From: Vulcanimicrobiaceae bacterium
GTDB taxonomy: Bacteria > Vulcanimicrobiota > Vulcanimicrobiia > Vulcanimicrobiales > Vulcanimicrobiaceae
Direction of reading: 5' to 3'
Assembly (NCBI GenBank): GCA_046262595.1
Contig: JBHEMM010000001.1
Span: 21,409-42,115, forward strand
Length of the DNA stretch: 20,707 nt
The notes beneath the pieces are model-generated. The model had not been told where the DNA came from, searched no databases, and saw only the letters and a program-made list of their open reading frames with translations. Position numbers and translations under genes: made by a program. Shown one piece after another: positions 7,039 through 15,977 of this stretch (its first letter is position 1; each line of letters opens with the position of its first letter).

Positions 7039-8559
7039 ATGGCCCGCCCGTTTTACGTCACGACGCCGATCTATTATATCAGCGGCAATCCGCACATCGG
7101 CCATGCCTATACGACCGTCGTCGCGGACGTGCTTGCTCGCGCGGCGCGTGTGTCCGGGCCGGCATATTTCCTGACGGGAACGGACGAACACGGCCAAAAG
7201 GTGGCCGACGCCGCCGCCGCCGCAGGCAAATCGCCGCAGCAATGGTGCGACGATCTGATCGCGCGCTGGCAATCGCTGTTCGCGCAATATGAAGTACACT
7301 ACGACGACTTCATCCGCACGACGCAAGAACGGCACACGCGCGTCGTGCAGCAGCTGTTCGAGCGTCTGCGCGAGAACGGCGACGTCTACTTGGGCAAATA
7401 CGAGGGCTGGTACTGCGTTCAGGACGAGACGTTTTGGCTCGAGTCCAAACTCGTTGAAGGCAAATGTCCGACATGCGGCCGTCCCGTGCAATGGCTCTCC
7501 GAAGACGACTGGTTCTTTCGTCTTTCAAAGTACACGCAGCGCTTAAAACAGCACTATCTCGATCATCCCGACTGGGTGCGCCCACGCGCAGTTTACAACG
7601 AAATGCTCGCGTTGCTCGACGAGGGGCTGGACGATCTTTCGATCTCGCGCACGAACCTGGCATGGGGCATTCCGGTTCCGCAGGGTGAGGGCGTGATCTA
7701 CGTCTGGTTCGATGCGCTCATCAATTATATCTCGGCGCTCGGATGGCCCGGCGGCGAGAAGTTCAAGATGTATTGGCCCGCATCCGTGCAATTGATCGGC
7801 AAAGAAATCGCCCGCTTTCATACGCTGATTTGGCCGGCGATGCTGTGGGGAATCGGCGAGGAAGCGCCGCAGATGGTGTACGCGCACGGCTGGATCACCG
7901 TTGAAGGCCAGAAGATCGGGAAAAGCCTCGGGAACGCCGTCGATCCGTTTGCACTCGCGCAACGCTTCGGCGCCGATGCGATTCGCTATTTTTTGCTGCG
8001 CGAAGCGCCGTTCGGAAGCGACTTTTCTTATTCGGAAGAAAAGATCGTGCAGCGCTACAACAGCGATTTGGGCAACGATCTCGGCAATCTGCTGCGGCGT
8101 TCTTTGGCAATGCTCGAAAAGTACCGCAGCGGTTTGGTGCCGCAGGCGGCGGATGAGGCGGTCTTCGGCTTGCAGTTCGCCGGCCTTGGCGCGCGCGTGG
8201 GTGCGCTGATTGGTAATCTGCAGTTTCGCGACGCGCTCGAAGCGATCTGGGAGCTCGTGACGACGCTCAACCGTTCGATCGAAGAACACAAACCGTGGGT
8301 GCTGTACAAAGAGGGCAGCGTGCTCCGGCTGGACGCGCTGCTTTACGATCTGTGCGAAGGCTTGCGCTGGCTCTCGGTGCTCCTCGCGCCGTTTATGCCC
8401 GCACGCTCGCAGGCGATGCGGCGGCAGCTCGGGCTGGACGATGAAGACGCGCGTGCGTGGGATGAATCGCTCGTTTGGGGCGGCATTGCGCCCGGCACGC
8501 AAACCGCTCCGGCCGAGCCGCTCTTTCCGCGCATCGAAACGGGTGCCGCATCGCCGTGA
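7039..8559 (+). CDS. metG: Methionyl-tRNA synthetase (short form, no C-terminal tRNA-binding domain)
   Basis: YVTTPIYY, HIGH (7093-7104), GTDEHGQK, FIRTT, knuckle CVQD...CPTC, YVWFDAL.NY, KIGKS (7912-7926), anticodon domain NDLGNL...PW. Confidence 0.97.
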   Translation: MARPFYVTTPIYYISGNPHIGHAYTTVVADVLARAARVSGPAYFLTGTDEHGQKVADAAAAAGKSPQQWCDDLIARWQSLFAQYEVHYDDFIRTTQERHTRVVQQLFERLRENGDVYLGKYEGWYCVQDETFWLESKLVEGKCPTCGRPVQWLSEDDWFFRLSKYTQRLKQHYLDHPDWVRPRAVYNEMLALLDEGLDDLSISRTNLAWGIPVPQGEGVIYVWFDALINYISALGWPGGEKFKMYWPASVQLIGKEIARFHTLIWPAMLWGIGEEAPQMVYAHGWITVEGQKIGKSLGNAVDPFALAQRFGADAIRYFLLREAPFGSDFSYSEEKIVQRYNSDLGNDLGNLLRRSLAMLEKYRSGLVPQAADEAVFGLQFAGLGARVGALIGNLQFRDALEAIWELVTTLNRSIEEHKPWVLYKEGSVLRLDALLYDLCEGLRWLSVLLAPFMPARSQAMRRQLGLDDEDARAWDESLVWGGIAPGTQTAPAEPLFPRIETGAASP

Positions 8560-10214
8560 ACGCAGGCCGCAAGGCTGTTTACGGCGTGATCCGGTTCGGC
8601 GCGCTTTTCGCAACGGCGCTTCTCTTCGCGTTCAATGCACGCACGATTGCAGCGATTCTTGCCGGCCACTGGGCCGAGTGCATCGTCCTGCTCGGATTTT
8701 TCTGCCTGCTGCTCGCGCTCGGCGTGCCGTTCATCGCCTTTCCGCAGTTCGGCCACCGCGACTCCACCGACGGACAGATCACGCTCGATCTGCCCGTTTT
8801 TGCGCTGACGTTCGCGATCTTCGGCTGGACGATCACCGCTCTGCTCTCGTTTTTGGCCTATACGATCGCTATTGCAACGGGACGGCAATACAAATTTCGC
8901 GAGCGCATCTTAATCGCGGCGACGCGCGTGCCGTTTTGGGCGATCGCCGGTGCGGCCGCCGCGGCGCTGCACGTACCGCTCCAGCATGAAGGTGCCGCCG
9001 GGTTCGCCTGGTTCGTGGGCTTCAACACTGCATGGGCGTTCGCGTTTATCGTGCTGTGGTTCGATCCGCTCACCGCTATCCGTACGGGACGTCCCGTCTA
9101 TAAATTGTGGTCCATGCATGTCCGCGATCTCACGCTCTGGGCGATCGTGGCCGCACAGATGCTTTGGGCGTACGTTTCGACGGTTGTTTATTTGCACGCC
9201 GGCCCGGCGTTCGGCGTGGCGACATTCCTGCCCGTCGGGCTGCTTGCAGTGGCGTTGCGCGCTCTGCATCACGAACGATTAGCCGCGCACCGTATGGCGC
9301 TCGCGCGCGACGCCGTATGGAATCTGCTGCAAGCGCGCGACCCCGCCGCACAGATCAATTCCATTCTTGCCTCGGTGCACGGCGACGCACCGCTCGAAAC
9401 GCTCCAGATTTACGCACGTTTGCGCACGGAGGACCGGCCCTCGCCGCTCGCATCGGTCGGTCCCTGGCCGGGAGAGGAACGTATGCCGCTCGTGCGCCGC
9501 GCGCTGCTCGAGCTGCACGCGCACAACAAAGATTGCGTTACGGTGCGCGACGATGAAGGCGCTGTGACGGCGTACGGCGTGCGCGCCGGCAGACTGCTCG
9601 GATCGCTCGTCGTCCACCGCCCGCACGGCGCGCCGGCGCGCGTTCCGCCGCGGCGGTATGCCGGCGTCGCCGAAGAGCTGGCGCCGCTGCTGCGCGACGT
9701 GCGTTCCGTCGTCGCGGCGCACGACGCGGCATCGATCGACAGCCTTACGGGATTGCTTAACCGCGCGAGCATTATGCGCATTCTGCGCGATCACATCGCC
9801 AACGTCGGCCCCGGCGGCGGCTGCGCCGTGCTGCTGCTTGACATCGACAACTTCAAATCGGTGAACGACCGGTTGGGACATCTGGCGGGCGATCAATGTT
9901 TGCGCGTCGTCGCCGAAACGCTTGCGCGCAATGTGCGGCCCGCGGATCGTGCGGGACGCATCGGCGGCGAAGAGTTCCTGGTCGTCATGCCGCTTTCGAG
10001 CGCGCCCGCCGCTTTGAGCGCCGGCGAGCGGCTGCGGCGCGCCGTCGAAGCCTCCGGCGCCCAGTACGCCGACGGGTCGCCCGTCACCGCATCGATCGGC
10101 GTCGCTGCCGCAAGCGTGGCCGACAGCATGGAATCGGTCTTGGAGCGGGCGGACCGCGCACTTTACCAAGCCAAGAATATGGGCCGGAACCGGGTCATCG
10201 AGATCGCGGGATAG
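8556..10214 (+). CDS. Membrane-bound diguanylate cyclase (multi-TM sensor, GAF-like linker, GGDEF; ~552 aa)
   Basis: GTG at 8556 overlaps the metG stop (GTGA). DSLTGLLNR, LLDIDNFKSVNDRLGHLAGD, RxxD I-site (RPAD) five residues before GGEEF (9963-9977), ADRALYQAK..GRNR. Confidence 0.92.
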   Translation: MNAGRKAVYGVIRFGALFATALLFAFNARTIAAILAGHWAECIVLLGFFCLLLALGVPFIAFPQFGHRDSTDGQITLDLPVFALTFAIFGWTITALLSFLAYTIAIATGRQYKFRERILIAATRVPFWAIAGAAAAALHVPLQHEGAAGFAWFVGFNTAWAFAFIVLWFDPLTAIRTGRPVYKLWSMHVRDLTLWAIVAAQMLWAYVSTVVYLHAGPAFGVATFLPVGLLAVALRALHHERLAAHRMALARDAVWNLLQARDPAAQINSILASVHGDAPLETLQIYARLRTEDRPSPLASVGPWPGEERMPLVRRALLELHAHNKDCVTVRDDEGAVTAYGVRAGRLLGSLVVHRPHGAPARVPPRRYAGVAEELAPLLRDVRSVVAAHDAASIDSLTGLLNRASIMRILRDHIANVGPGGGCAVLLLDIDNFKSVNDRLGHLAGDQCLRVVAETLARNVRPADRAGRIGGEEFLVVMPLSSAPAALSAGERLRRAVEASGAQYADGSPVTASIGVAAASVADSMESVLERADRALYQAKNMGRNRVIEIAG

Positions 10215-10219
10215 CTTCG

Positions 10220-10984
10220 TTGTTTATCGATAGCCACGCCCACCTTCACGACAAAGCGTTCGATGACGACCGTGAGGCAGTTGCGGCGCGCATGCGCGAG
10301 GCGGGCGTGCACACCGCCGTGCTCGTCGGCTGCGATGTGGCAGACTCGGCGCGCGCGCGCGAAGCGGCGCACCTGCTCGGCGTTTTTGCAAGCGCCGGCA
10401 TTCATCCGCACGAAGCCAAGCACGCGCCGGAGGATTTGGAAGCCGCGTTTGCCCCGCTCCTCGCGGACGCGCGCGTGATCGCAATCGGGGAAGCGGGGCT
10501 CGACTACCACTACGATCACAGTCCGCGCGACGCGCAGCAGCAGGTGCTGCGCGCACAGATCGCTTTGGCGCGCAAACGCGATCTGCCGATCATTTTTCAC
10601 CATCGAGACGCTTTCGCCGACTTCCAGAAGATTTTGCGCGAGGCGCTCGCGCCGCAAACACGCGGCGTCGTTCATTGCTTCAGCGGCGACACGGAGCAAG
10701 CGCTCGCGTACAGCCGCGAATTCGGGCTCTACCTAGGAATCGGCGGCGTCATCACGTTCAAAACTGCCGACGCGATCCGCGAAGCCGTGCGCGCGGCCGG
10801 CCTGGAGCGCCTGGTGCTTGAAACGGATTGTCCGTACTTGGCTCCGGCTCCACACCGCGGAAAACGCAACGAGCCGGCGTTTATTCCGGCGATCGCCGCC
10901 CGCCTGGCGCAACTGCTGGACGTCAGCCTCGATGAAGTGCGTTCCGTGACTACGCGCAACGCGTGCGCGCTCTTCCGCATCTAG
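10220..10984 (+). CDS. tatD: TatD family metal-dependent DNase (~254 aa)
   Basis: TTG start at 10220: FIDSHAHL, GIHPH, IGEAGLDYHY, HHRDA, VVHCFSG, ETDCPYLAP.PHRGKRNEP. Confidence 0.94.
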   Translation: MFIDSHAHLHDKAFDDDREAVAARMREAGVHTAVLVGCDVADSARAREAAHLLGVFASAGIHPHEAKHAPEDLEAAFAPLLADARVIAIGEAGLDYHYDHSPRDAQQQVLRAQIALARKRDLPIIFHHRDAFADFQKILREALAPQTRGVVHCFSGDTEQALAYSREFGLYLGIGGVITFKTADAIREAVRAAGLERLVLETDCPYLAPAPHRGKRNEPAFIPAIAARLAQLLDVSLDEVRSVTTRNACALFRI

Positions 10985-11847
10985 GCCAGCGCCTTCGCCT
11001 TCGCCCAATTCGCCGCAAAGCGTTCGCGCAGCGGACGCACGAGCGCCGGCGCGGCGGTGCGCAGTCCCCAGTCGATTTGATCGCCTTTCGTGCCGGCAAA
11101 CGATGCATTCGCCGAACCCGTCCACGCGCGCGCGCCGTCCACGATCGCCATTTTTTCATTCGATGCGCCGGCCCGGACGCGCACGCCGGCGCGTTCGAGC
11201 AGCGCCAGCTCGTGACGGCTTCGCGGCGAAACGACGCGCTGCGCGACAATTAGGCGGCAGCGCACGTGCGCCAACGCCAATGTTCTCAACGCTTGAAAGA
11301 CTTGAGGCGAACTCCCGAACGACTCCGTCTCCACATCGACGGTGCGCGCGTGCCGGGCGCCCGACAAGAGCCTCGTCTGCGCCGCCTCTGCATCGCGTTT
11401 ATCGGTCCAAAACGAACGCCCGGCCGTCGCGAGGCCCTCGAGCGCCGCCCGGCGCACGGCTTGCACATCCGCCGGCTTGTCGTCGCGCACGATGAAGTCG
11501 GGCGGATGGTCGGGCCAGTTCCGGTCATCCAAATACACGGCGGAGTCGCAGATCAAGGCTTTCATATGAAGCGGGAGCTGGGCGGAACCGGCCCCGTCCA
11601 CGAGTGCGGCGTCTGCTCCCGCCGCTTTCAACGCGCGCACGGTGCGCAGATTCATCGCCTGCAGACGGCCGGCGGCGTCCTTATAAGGGCGGCCTTCCAG
11701 CCGCACGCTCACGCGCGTGCCGCGCCGCAGCGCATCGAAGACCCCGTTCAAGACGGCGCCCCGGCCCAGGATGTACGCCGTGAGAACGACGGATCGGGAG
11801 CGGCGGAGCGCGTCGAGCGCCTGAGCCTGCGTTGCTGCGCTTATCAT
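10981..11847 (-). CDS. Phospholipase D superfamily protein with two PLDc-like domains, second HKD degenerate
   Basis: First motif LHMKALICD (HxKxxxxD). Second motif SNEKMAIVDG..AWTGSAN has N in place of H. N-terminal V.LTAY.L...AL.RG..V.V pattern. Shares the CTAG stop tetramer with tatD. Confidence 0.8.
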   Translation of the reverse strand: MISAATQAQALDALRRSRSVVLTAYILGRGAVLNGVFDALRRGTRVSVRLEGRPYKDAAGRLQAMNLRTVRALKAAGADAALVDGAGSAQLPLHMKALICDSAVYLDDRNWPDHPPDFIVRDDKPADVQAVRRAALEGLATAGRSFWTDKRDAEAAQTRLLSGARHARTVDVETESFGSSPQVFQALRTLALAHVRCRLIVAQRVVSPRSRHELALLERAGVRVRAGASNEKMAIVDGARAWTGSANASFAGTKGDQIDWGLRTAAPALVRPLRERFAANWAKAKALA

Positions 11848-11897
11848 GCAACTCCATCACACGCGCGGAATGAACGCCTAGCCGCGGCGCGAAAGCC

Positions 11898-12599
11898 ATG
11901 ATTGCCAGGATGATGACCACCGACAAAGGCGCGTTCGTGCGCGAAATGTTCGCCCAAATTGCACCGCGCTACGACGCCGCGAACCGCATTATCAGCGCCG
12001 GCCTCGACGAGGGATGGCGCAAGCGCGCCATCGCGCTACTGCGCCCGCCGCACAGCGGAAACGTCGCCGACCTGTGCTGCGGCACCGGAGATCTGGTCCT
12101 GCACTTGCTGCGCACCGACCCGACGCTGCACGTGACCGGCGTCGACTTCTGTGCGCCCATGCTCGACGCGGCACGCGCCCGCGCCCGAGGACGAGCGCAT
12201 TTCCTCGAAGGCGACGTGATGGCGCTGCCCTTCGCGGACGCTTCGTACGACGGGGCAATTATGGGCTTCGCGATGCGCAACGTCGTCGACATCGACGCGA
12301 CGCTGCGCGAGGCGCGCCGCATCTTGCGGCCCGGTGCGCGCTTCGTCAACCTCGATATGAGTAAAGCTCCCAACCGCGTTTGGAAAGCACTGTTCGACGC
12401 GTACTTCTACCGCATCGTTCCGATCATCGGCGGCATCGTCGGCGGCTCGCGCGCCGCCTATACGTACCTGCCGAACTCGCTGACGAATCATCCGAACGCC
12501 GCCCAATTGCGCGATCGCTTCTGCGCCGCCGGTTTCCGCGATGCGAACTACGTGCCTTTGATGGGCGGCGCGGTTGCCGTGCACTACGGGACCGCTTGA
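11898..12599 (+). CDS. menG: Demethylmenaquinone methyltransferase (MenG/UbiE)
   Basis: VREMFAQIAPRYDAANRIISAGLD..WR, SAM motif DLCCGTGD, GDVMALPF.D..YD, GFAMRNV, AYTYLPNS. The true start may be ATG 11910 or 11913. Confidence 0.92.
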   Translation: MIARMMTTDKGAFVREMFAQIAPRYDAANRIISAGLDEGWRKRAIALLRPPHSGNVADLCCGTGDLVLHLLRTDPTLHVTGVDFCAPMLDAARARARGRAHFLEGDVMALPFADASYDGAIMGFAMRNVVDIDATLREARRILRPGARFVNLDMSKAPNRVWKALFDAYFYRIVPIIGGIVGGSRAAYTYLPNSLTNHPNAAQLRDRFCAAGFRDANYVPLMGGAVAVHYGTA

Positions 12600-13561
12600 T
12601 GCTGGACAAGGTCTCGGAACGGGCCGACTCCACTCTTTACGCCCTCGTCGAAGATTTTTTCCGCACGCAATTCACCACCGACAATCCGCTGATCACCGAG
12701 GCGATCAAACGCATGCTGGCTGCGGGCGGAAAGCGCGTGCGTCCGCGCATCACCTTGCTCGCGGCCGACGCGGGTGGCTCGGACGCCCAAGAGCATTTGC
12801 CGCTGGCGGCGTACATGGAACTCATTCACGTGGCGACGCTCATTCATGATGACGTGGTGGACAGCGCGGCGACCCGCCGCGGCGTGAATGCGACCGCCGT
12901 TGACTACGGCAACCGCATCAGCGTGCTCGCCGGCGATTACCTCTTCGCCTGGATCTTCAAAAACGTCACCGCGCAGTACCCGCACCCCGTGCCGAACATT
13001 CTTTCAGCAACGCTCGCGGAGATCTGTGACGGCGAGGTGCTGCAGCTGCGCGCGATGGGCAATCTGCAGCTTCCGCTCGCGGCGTACATTGACATCGTGA
13101 TGAAAAAAACGGCGTCTCTGTTTGCGGCGTCTGCGGAGTGCGGGGCGATCATGAGCGGCGCAGGTTCGCGCCTGGTGAAAGCGCTGCGCGATTTCGGCAT
13201 GTACTACGGCATTGCGTTTCAGATGAAAGACGATCTGCTTGACGTCACCGCCCAGGCCGCCGTTTTGGGCAAGCCCGTGGGCAACGATCTGCGCGAGCGC
13301 AAGATGACAATTCCGTTAATTCTCGCGCTTTCGAACGCGGGAAGCGATGCGCGCGGCGCTGTCGAGCGCTATTATAGCGGCGCAGCCTCGCAGCCGCCGG
13401 ACGCCGTCATCGAGGTGATCCGCGCCTGCGGCGGTTTGGATGGGACCCGCGAACAGATCGCGCAGTACGCCGAGCGCGCTAAGCAATCTCTGAGCGTCCT
13501 CGAGGCCACCAAAGCGCAAGCCGAGCTGTGCCGCCTGGCCGCAGAATTAACGGAAAGTTAG
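12599..13561 (+). CDS. Long-chain trans-polyprenyl diphosphate synthase (HepT/IspB-like; ~320 aa)
   Basis: TGATG overlap with the menG stop. GGKRVRP, FARM DDVVD..RRG with a small Ala at -5 (long-chain type), KTASLF, SARM FQMKDDLLD, GKPVGNDLRE.K.T.P. Confidence 0.93.
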   Translation: MLDKVSERADSTLYALVEDFFRTQFTTDNPLITEAIKRMLAAGGKRVRPRITLLAADAGGSDAQEHLPLAAYMELIHVATLIHDDVVDSAATRRGVNATAVDYGNRISVLAGDYLFAWIFKNVTAQYPHPVPNILSATLAEICDGEVLQLRAMGNLQLPLAAYIDIVMKKTASLFAASAECGAIMSGAGSRLVKALRDFGMYYGIAFQMKDDLLDVTAQAAVLGKPVGNDLRERKMTIPLILALSNAGSDARGAVERYYSGAASQPPDAVIEVIRACGGLDGTREQIAQYAERAKQSLSVLEATKAQAELCRLAAELTES

Positions 13562-13569
13562 GAGCACCC

Positions 13570-13881
13570 ATGACCCTTCACCCGATTCTGGCTCTCTGGG
13601 ACAGCCCGATGGTCATCGGCATCGTCGTCATTGCCGCCGTCGTGCTGTTCGGGGCCGAGCGCCTCCCCAAATTGGCGCGCAGCGCCGGGCAGGCGAAAAA
13701 AGAATTTATCGCCGGCCAAGCGGACGCCGATGAAGCCGCCGACCGCGCCCGCGAACAGGCGCGTTTGCGCGCCCAGACGCGCGCTGCCGATCCGATGGAT
13801 AACGTTTCCATGAACAATGCGGCGGGCGTCGGCGAGAACGTTCCTCCTCCGACACCCGGCAAAGGTACACTTGGCAGTTAA
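13570..13881 (+). CDS. tatA: Twin-arginine translocase TatA/E subunit (~103 aa)
   Basis: AGGAG Shine-Dalgarno at 13560-13564 before ATG 13570. Short TM helix, LFGAERLPKLARSAGQAKKEF hinge and amphipathic helix, disordered tail. Confidence 0.9.
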   Translation: MTLHPILALWDSPMVIGIVVIAAVVLFGAERLPKLARSAGQAKKEFIAGQADADEAADRAREQARLRAQTRAADPMDNVSMNNAAGVGENVPPPTPGKGTLGS

Positions 13882-14626
13882 CGCGGGCGAGGCGTGGGAT
13901 CAAAAAGAAATGAGTTTTACGGAGCACCTTCGGGAGCTCCGTAAACGCCTGCTCGTTGCCGTGGCGACGGTGCTCGCCCTATCGGTGGTCATGTTCGTGC
14001 CGATGCCGGCGATCATCGATTTCCTCAAAGACCGCTACTTCGGCAACGTCGCTTTGCACGCGTTCGGCCCGGCCGACGTCATCTTCGCCGAAGTGAAGTT
14101 TTCCATCTATGCCGCGATCGTGCTGGGATTGCCCGTCCTGCTGTACCAGTTATGGATGTTCGTCGTGCCCGCATTTCATCCGCGCACACGGCGCATGGTG
14201 TATGCGTTCGTCGCTCCCTCGTTTTTGCTCTCGCTCGCGGGCATCGCGTTCGCGCATTTCCTGGTGCTTCCGCGCGTCGTGGGCTCGCTGCTGCGCATCA
14301 CGAGCCACGTTGCCACGCCCACGTTCGGCGTCGAGTCGACACTCAATTTCGTCTTCCTCATCATGGTCGCGTTCGCGCTGATCTTTCAAACGCCGATCGT
14401 CATGATCGGCCTCGCGCGCATCGGCATCGTGAACGCATCGTTTTTGAAAAAGAACCGCCGGTATTTTTTCTTCGGATTTTTGGTGTTCGGCGGCGTTATC
14501 TCGCCGGACGGTAATCCTCTGACGATGGCCATGATGGCGCTTCCGATGTATGCGCTCTACGAGATCAGTCTTTGGATCATCATCGTGCTGGAGAAGTCGT
14601 GGCGCGCGCAGGCGGCGGCGGCGTAA
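13871..14626 (+). CDS. tatC: Twin-arginine translocase subunit TatC (~251 aa)
   Basis: TTG at 13871 after AAAGGT. EMSFTEHLRELRKRL, YQLW.FV.P, FQTP, L.K.RRY, P.YALYEIS. Six TM segments. Confidence 0.93.
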   Translation: MAVNAGEAWDQKEMSFTEHLRELRKRLLVAVATVLALSVVMFVPMPAIIDFLKDRYFGNVALHAFGPADVIFAEVKFSIYAAIVLGLPVLLYQLWMFVVPAFHPRTRRMVYAFVAPSFLLSLAGIAFAHFLVLPRVVGSLLRITSHVATPTFGVESTLNFVFLIMVAFALIFQTPIVMIGLARIGIVNASFLKKNRRYFFFGFLVFGGVISPDGNPLTMAMMALPMYALYEISLWIIIVLEKSWRAQAAAA

Positions 14627-14638
14627 GCTGCACCGGCA

Positions 14639-15976
14639 ATGACCGCCCTGGAACGTTCCTACGCGTGGTTCGTGCGCACGTTCAGCAACGTGCTCTTTGC
14701 GGTATGCCTGCTGCTCGTCTGGGCACTGTTTACGCTCCTGGGCGTCGTCGTCGCGCAAGGCAAGGACCCCGACGAGTATTTCAGCTCGTATGCGCCGCCC
14801 ATCGCCCACGCAATTCTGCGCTTGCATGTAGACAACATCTACCACGCGCCGTACTACGTCGGCATCATCGCCTTGATACTGCTCTCGCTCGCGGTGTGCA
14901 CGTTCAAGCGGGTCATTCCGGCGCGCCTGCCGGCGTTGCGGCCGGTGACCGTCGACAAGATACCGCTCAATGCAAGCATCGAGGTTCCTCTGCCGGCCGC
15001 GCAAGCGCGGGAGCTCCTGGAGCGGTTCTTCGCCAAGCGCGGATGGCAACTGCGCAAGCGCGAGTTTGCGGGAACCGAGTGGACGTTCGCGGACAAGCAC
15101 AATTGGGCGCGCCGCGGGGTGTTGGTCGCGCATATCGGCTTCGTCATTATCGCAGCCGGAACGAGCGTGTATTGGGCCAAGGGCTTCGATGGCGAAACGC
15201 CGCTAGCCGTCGGCCAAACCGCCGCCGTGCCGCATTCGGATTCGACGCTCCGCTTGGACGCGTTTCACTTTAAGGTGCAGCCGATCATGACCAAAAGCGG
15301 CATGGTGTATCAGCCCATCGATTACGTTTCAAAGGTCACCGTCACCGGCGCAAGCGGCGGCGTAAAACACGAAACGATCCGCGTGAATCAGCCGATCGAC
15401 ATCGGCGGCACGCTGTTCTATCAATCGAGTTACGGATTCGCCGTGCGCTTCAACGTCGCGCATAACGGCACGGCGGACCAGGCGCTTTCCCGGAAGACGT
15501 ACTTGATGGGCGACGTCATTACGCTTCCCGGATCCGGACGGCAGATCGCGTTCGCCCAGTTCGTGCCGACGGTCGACCGGCAGACCGGAGAGCCCTCGGC
15601 GGACCCGCGTGTGAACGATCCCGCCGTCGCGCTGCAGGTTGCGGACAATGGCCAGAGCGCAGGCGCGGCGCTCGTACCGTTCAAGACCTGGATCGACGTC
15701 GGCGACGGCTGGCGCATCACCCCGCGCGAGTACGTGATGGTGAGCGGCCTGCAGTACCGGTACGATCCCGGCGTCGAACTTGTCGGCATCGGCGCGTTCG
15801 TACTGCTGGCGGGCCTCGTCATCTCATTTTACTTCTTGCCGGCGCGCGTATACGCGACGGTCGGCGGCAGCGGTTCGGCCAGCGTCGTGGGTTTGGCGGC
15901 AACGACGGTCAAGGGATACGATATCTTCGAGAAACAGTTCGGCGATTTGATTGCCGAGTTCCGGAAAGCGATCTGA
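14639..15976 (+). CDS. resB: Cytochrome c biogenesis protein ResB/Ccs1 (system II)
   Basis: N-terminal TMs with G..V.QG, L.V.NIYHAPYY, SL.VCT.KR, conserved His in LVAHIG, DY.S.V, I.VNQP...GG..FYQSSYG, SGLQYRYDPGV and a C-terminal TM. Confidence 0.9.
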   Translation: MTALERSYAWFVRTFSNVLFAVCLLLVWALFTLLGVVVAQGKDPDEYFSSYAPPIAHAILRLHVDNIYHAPYYVGIIALILLSLAVCTFKRVIPARLPALRPVTVDKIPLNASIEVPLPAAQARELLERFFAKRGWQLRKREFAGTEWTFADKHNWARRGVLVAHIGFVIIAAGTSVYWAKGFDGETPLAVGQTAAVPHSDSTLRLDAFHFKVQPIMTKSGMVYQPIDYVSKVTVTGASGGVKHETIRVNQPIDIGGTLFYQSSYGFAVRFNVAHNGTADQALSRKTYLMGDVITLPGSGRQIAFAQFVPTVDRQTGEPSADPRVNDPAVALQVADNGQSAGAALVPFKTWIDVGDGWRITPREYVMVSGLQYRYDPGVELVGIGAFVLLAGLVISFYFLPARVYATVGGSGSASVVGLAATTVKGYDIFEKQFGDLIAEFRKAI

Positions 15977-15977
15977 C

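Noticed and set aside
7543..8613. Long antisense or alternate-frame ORFs (e.g. 7543-8613, 9279-10169, 14150-15133, 15993-16895, 3318-4217)
   Set aside because: Typical stop-poor shadow frames of GC-rich genes, Arg/Ala-rich with no motifs, lying opposite well-supported CDSs.
10220..11847. TatD + PLD as an anti-phage defence pair
   Set aside because: The genes are convergent rather than operonic, TatD is the housekeeping type in its usual metG context, and there are no defence-island or mobility hallmarks.
10220..14626. tatD near tatA/tatC as part of a Tat system
   Set aside because: TatD is a nuclease unrelated to export. Here it belongs to the metG string and is separated from tatAC by three genes, including one on the opposite strand.
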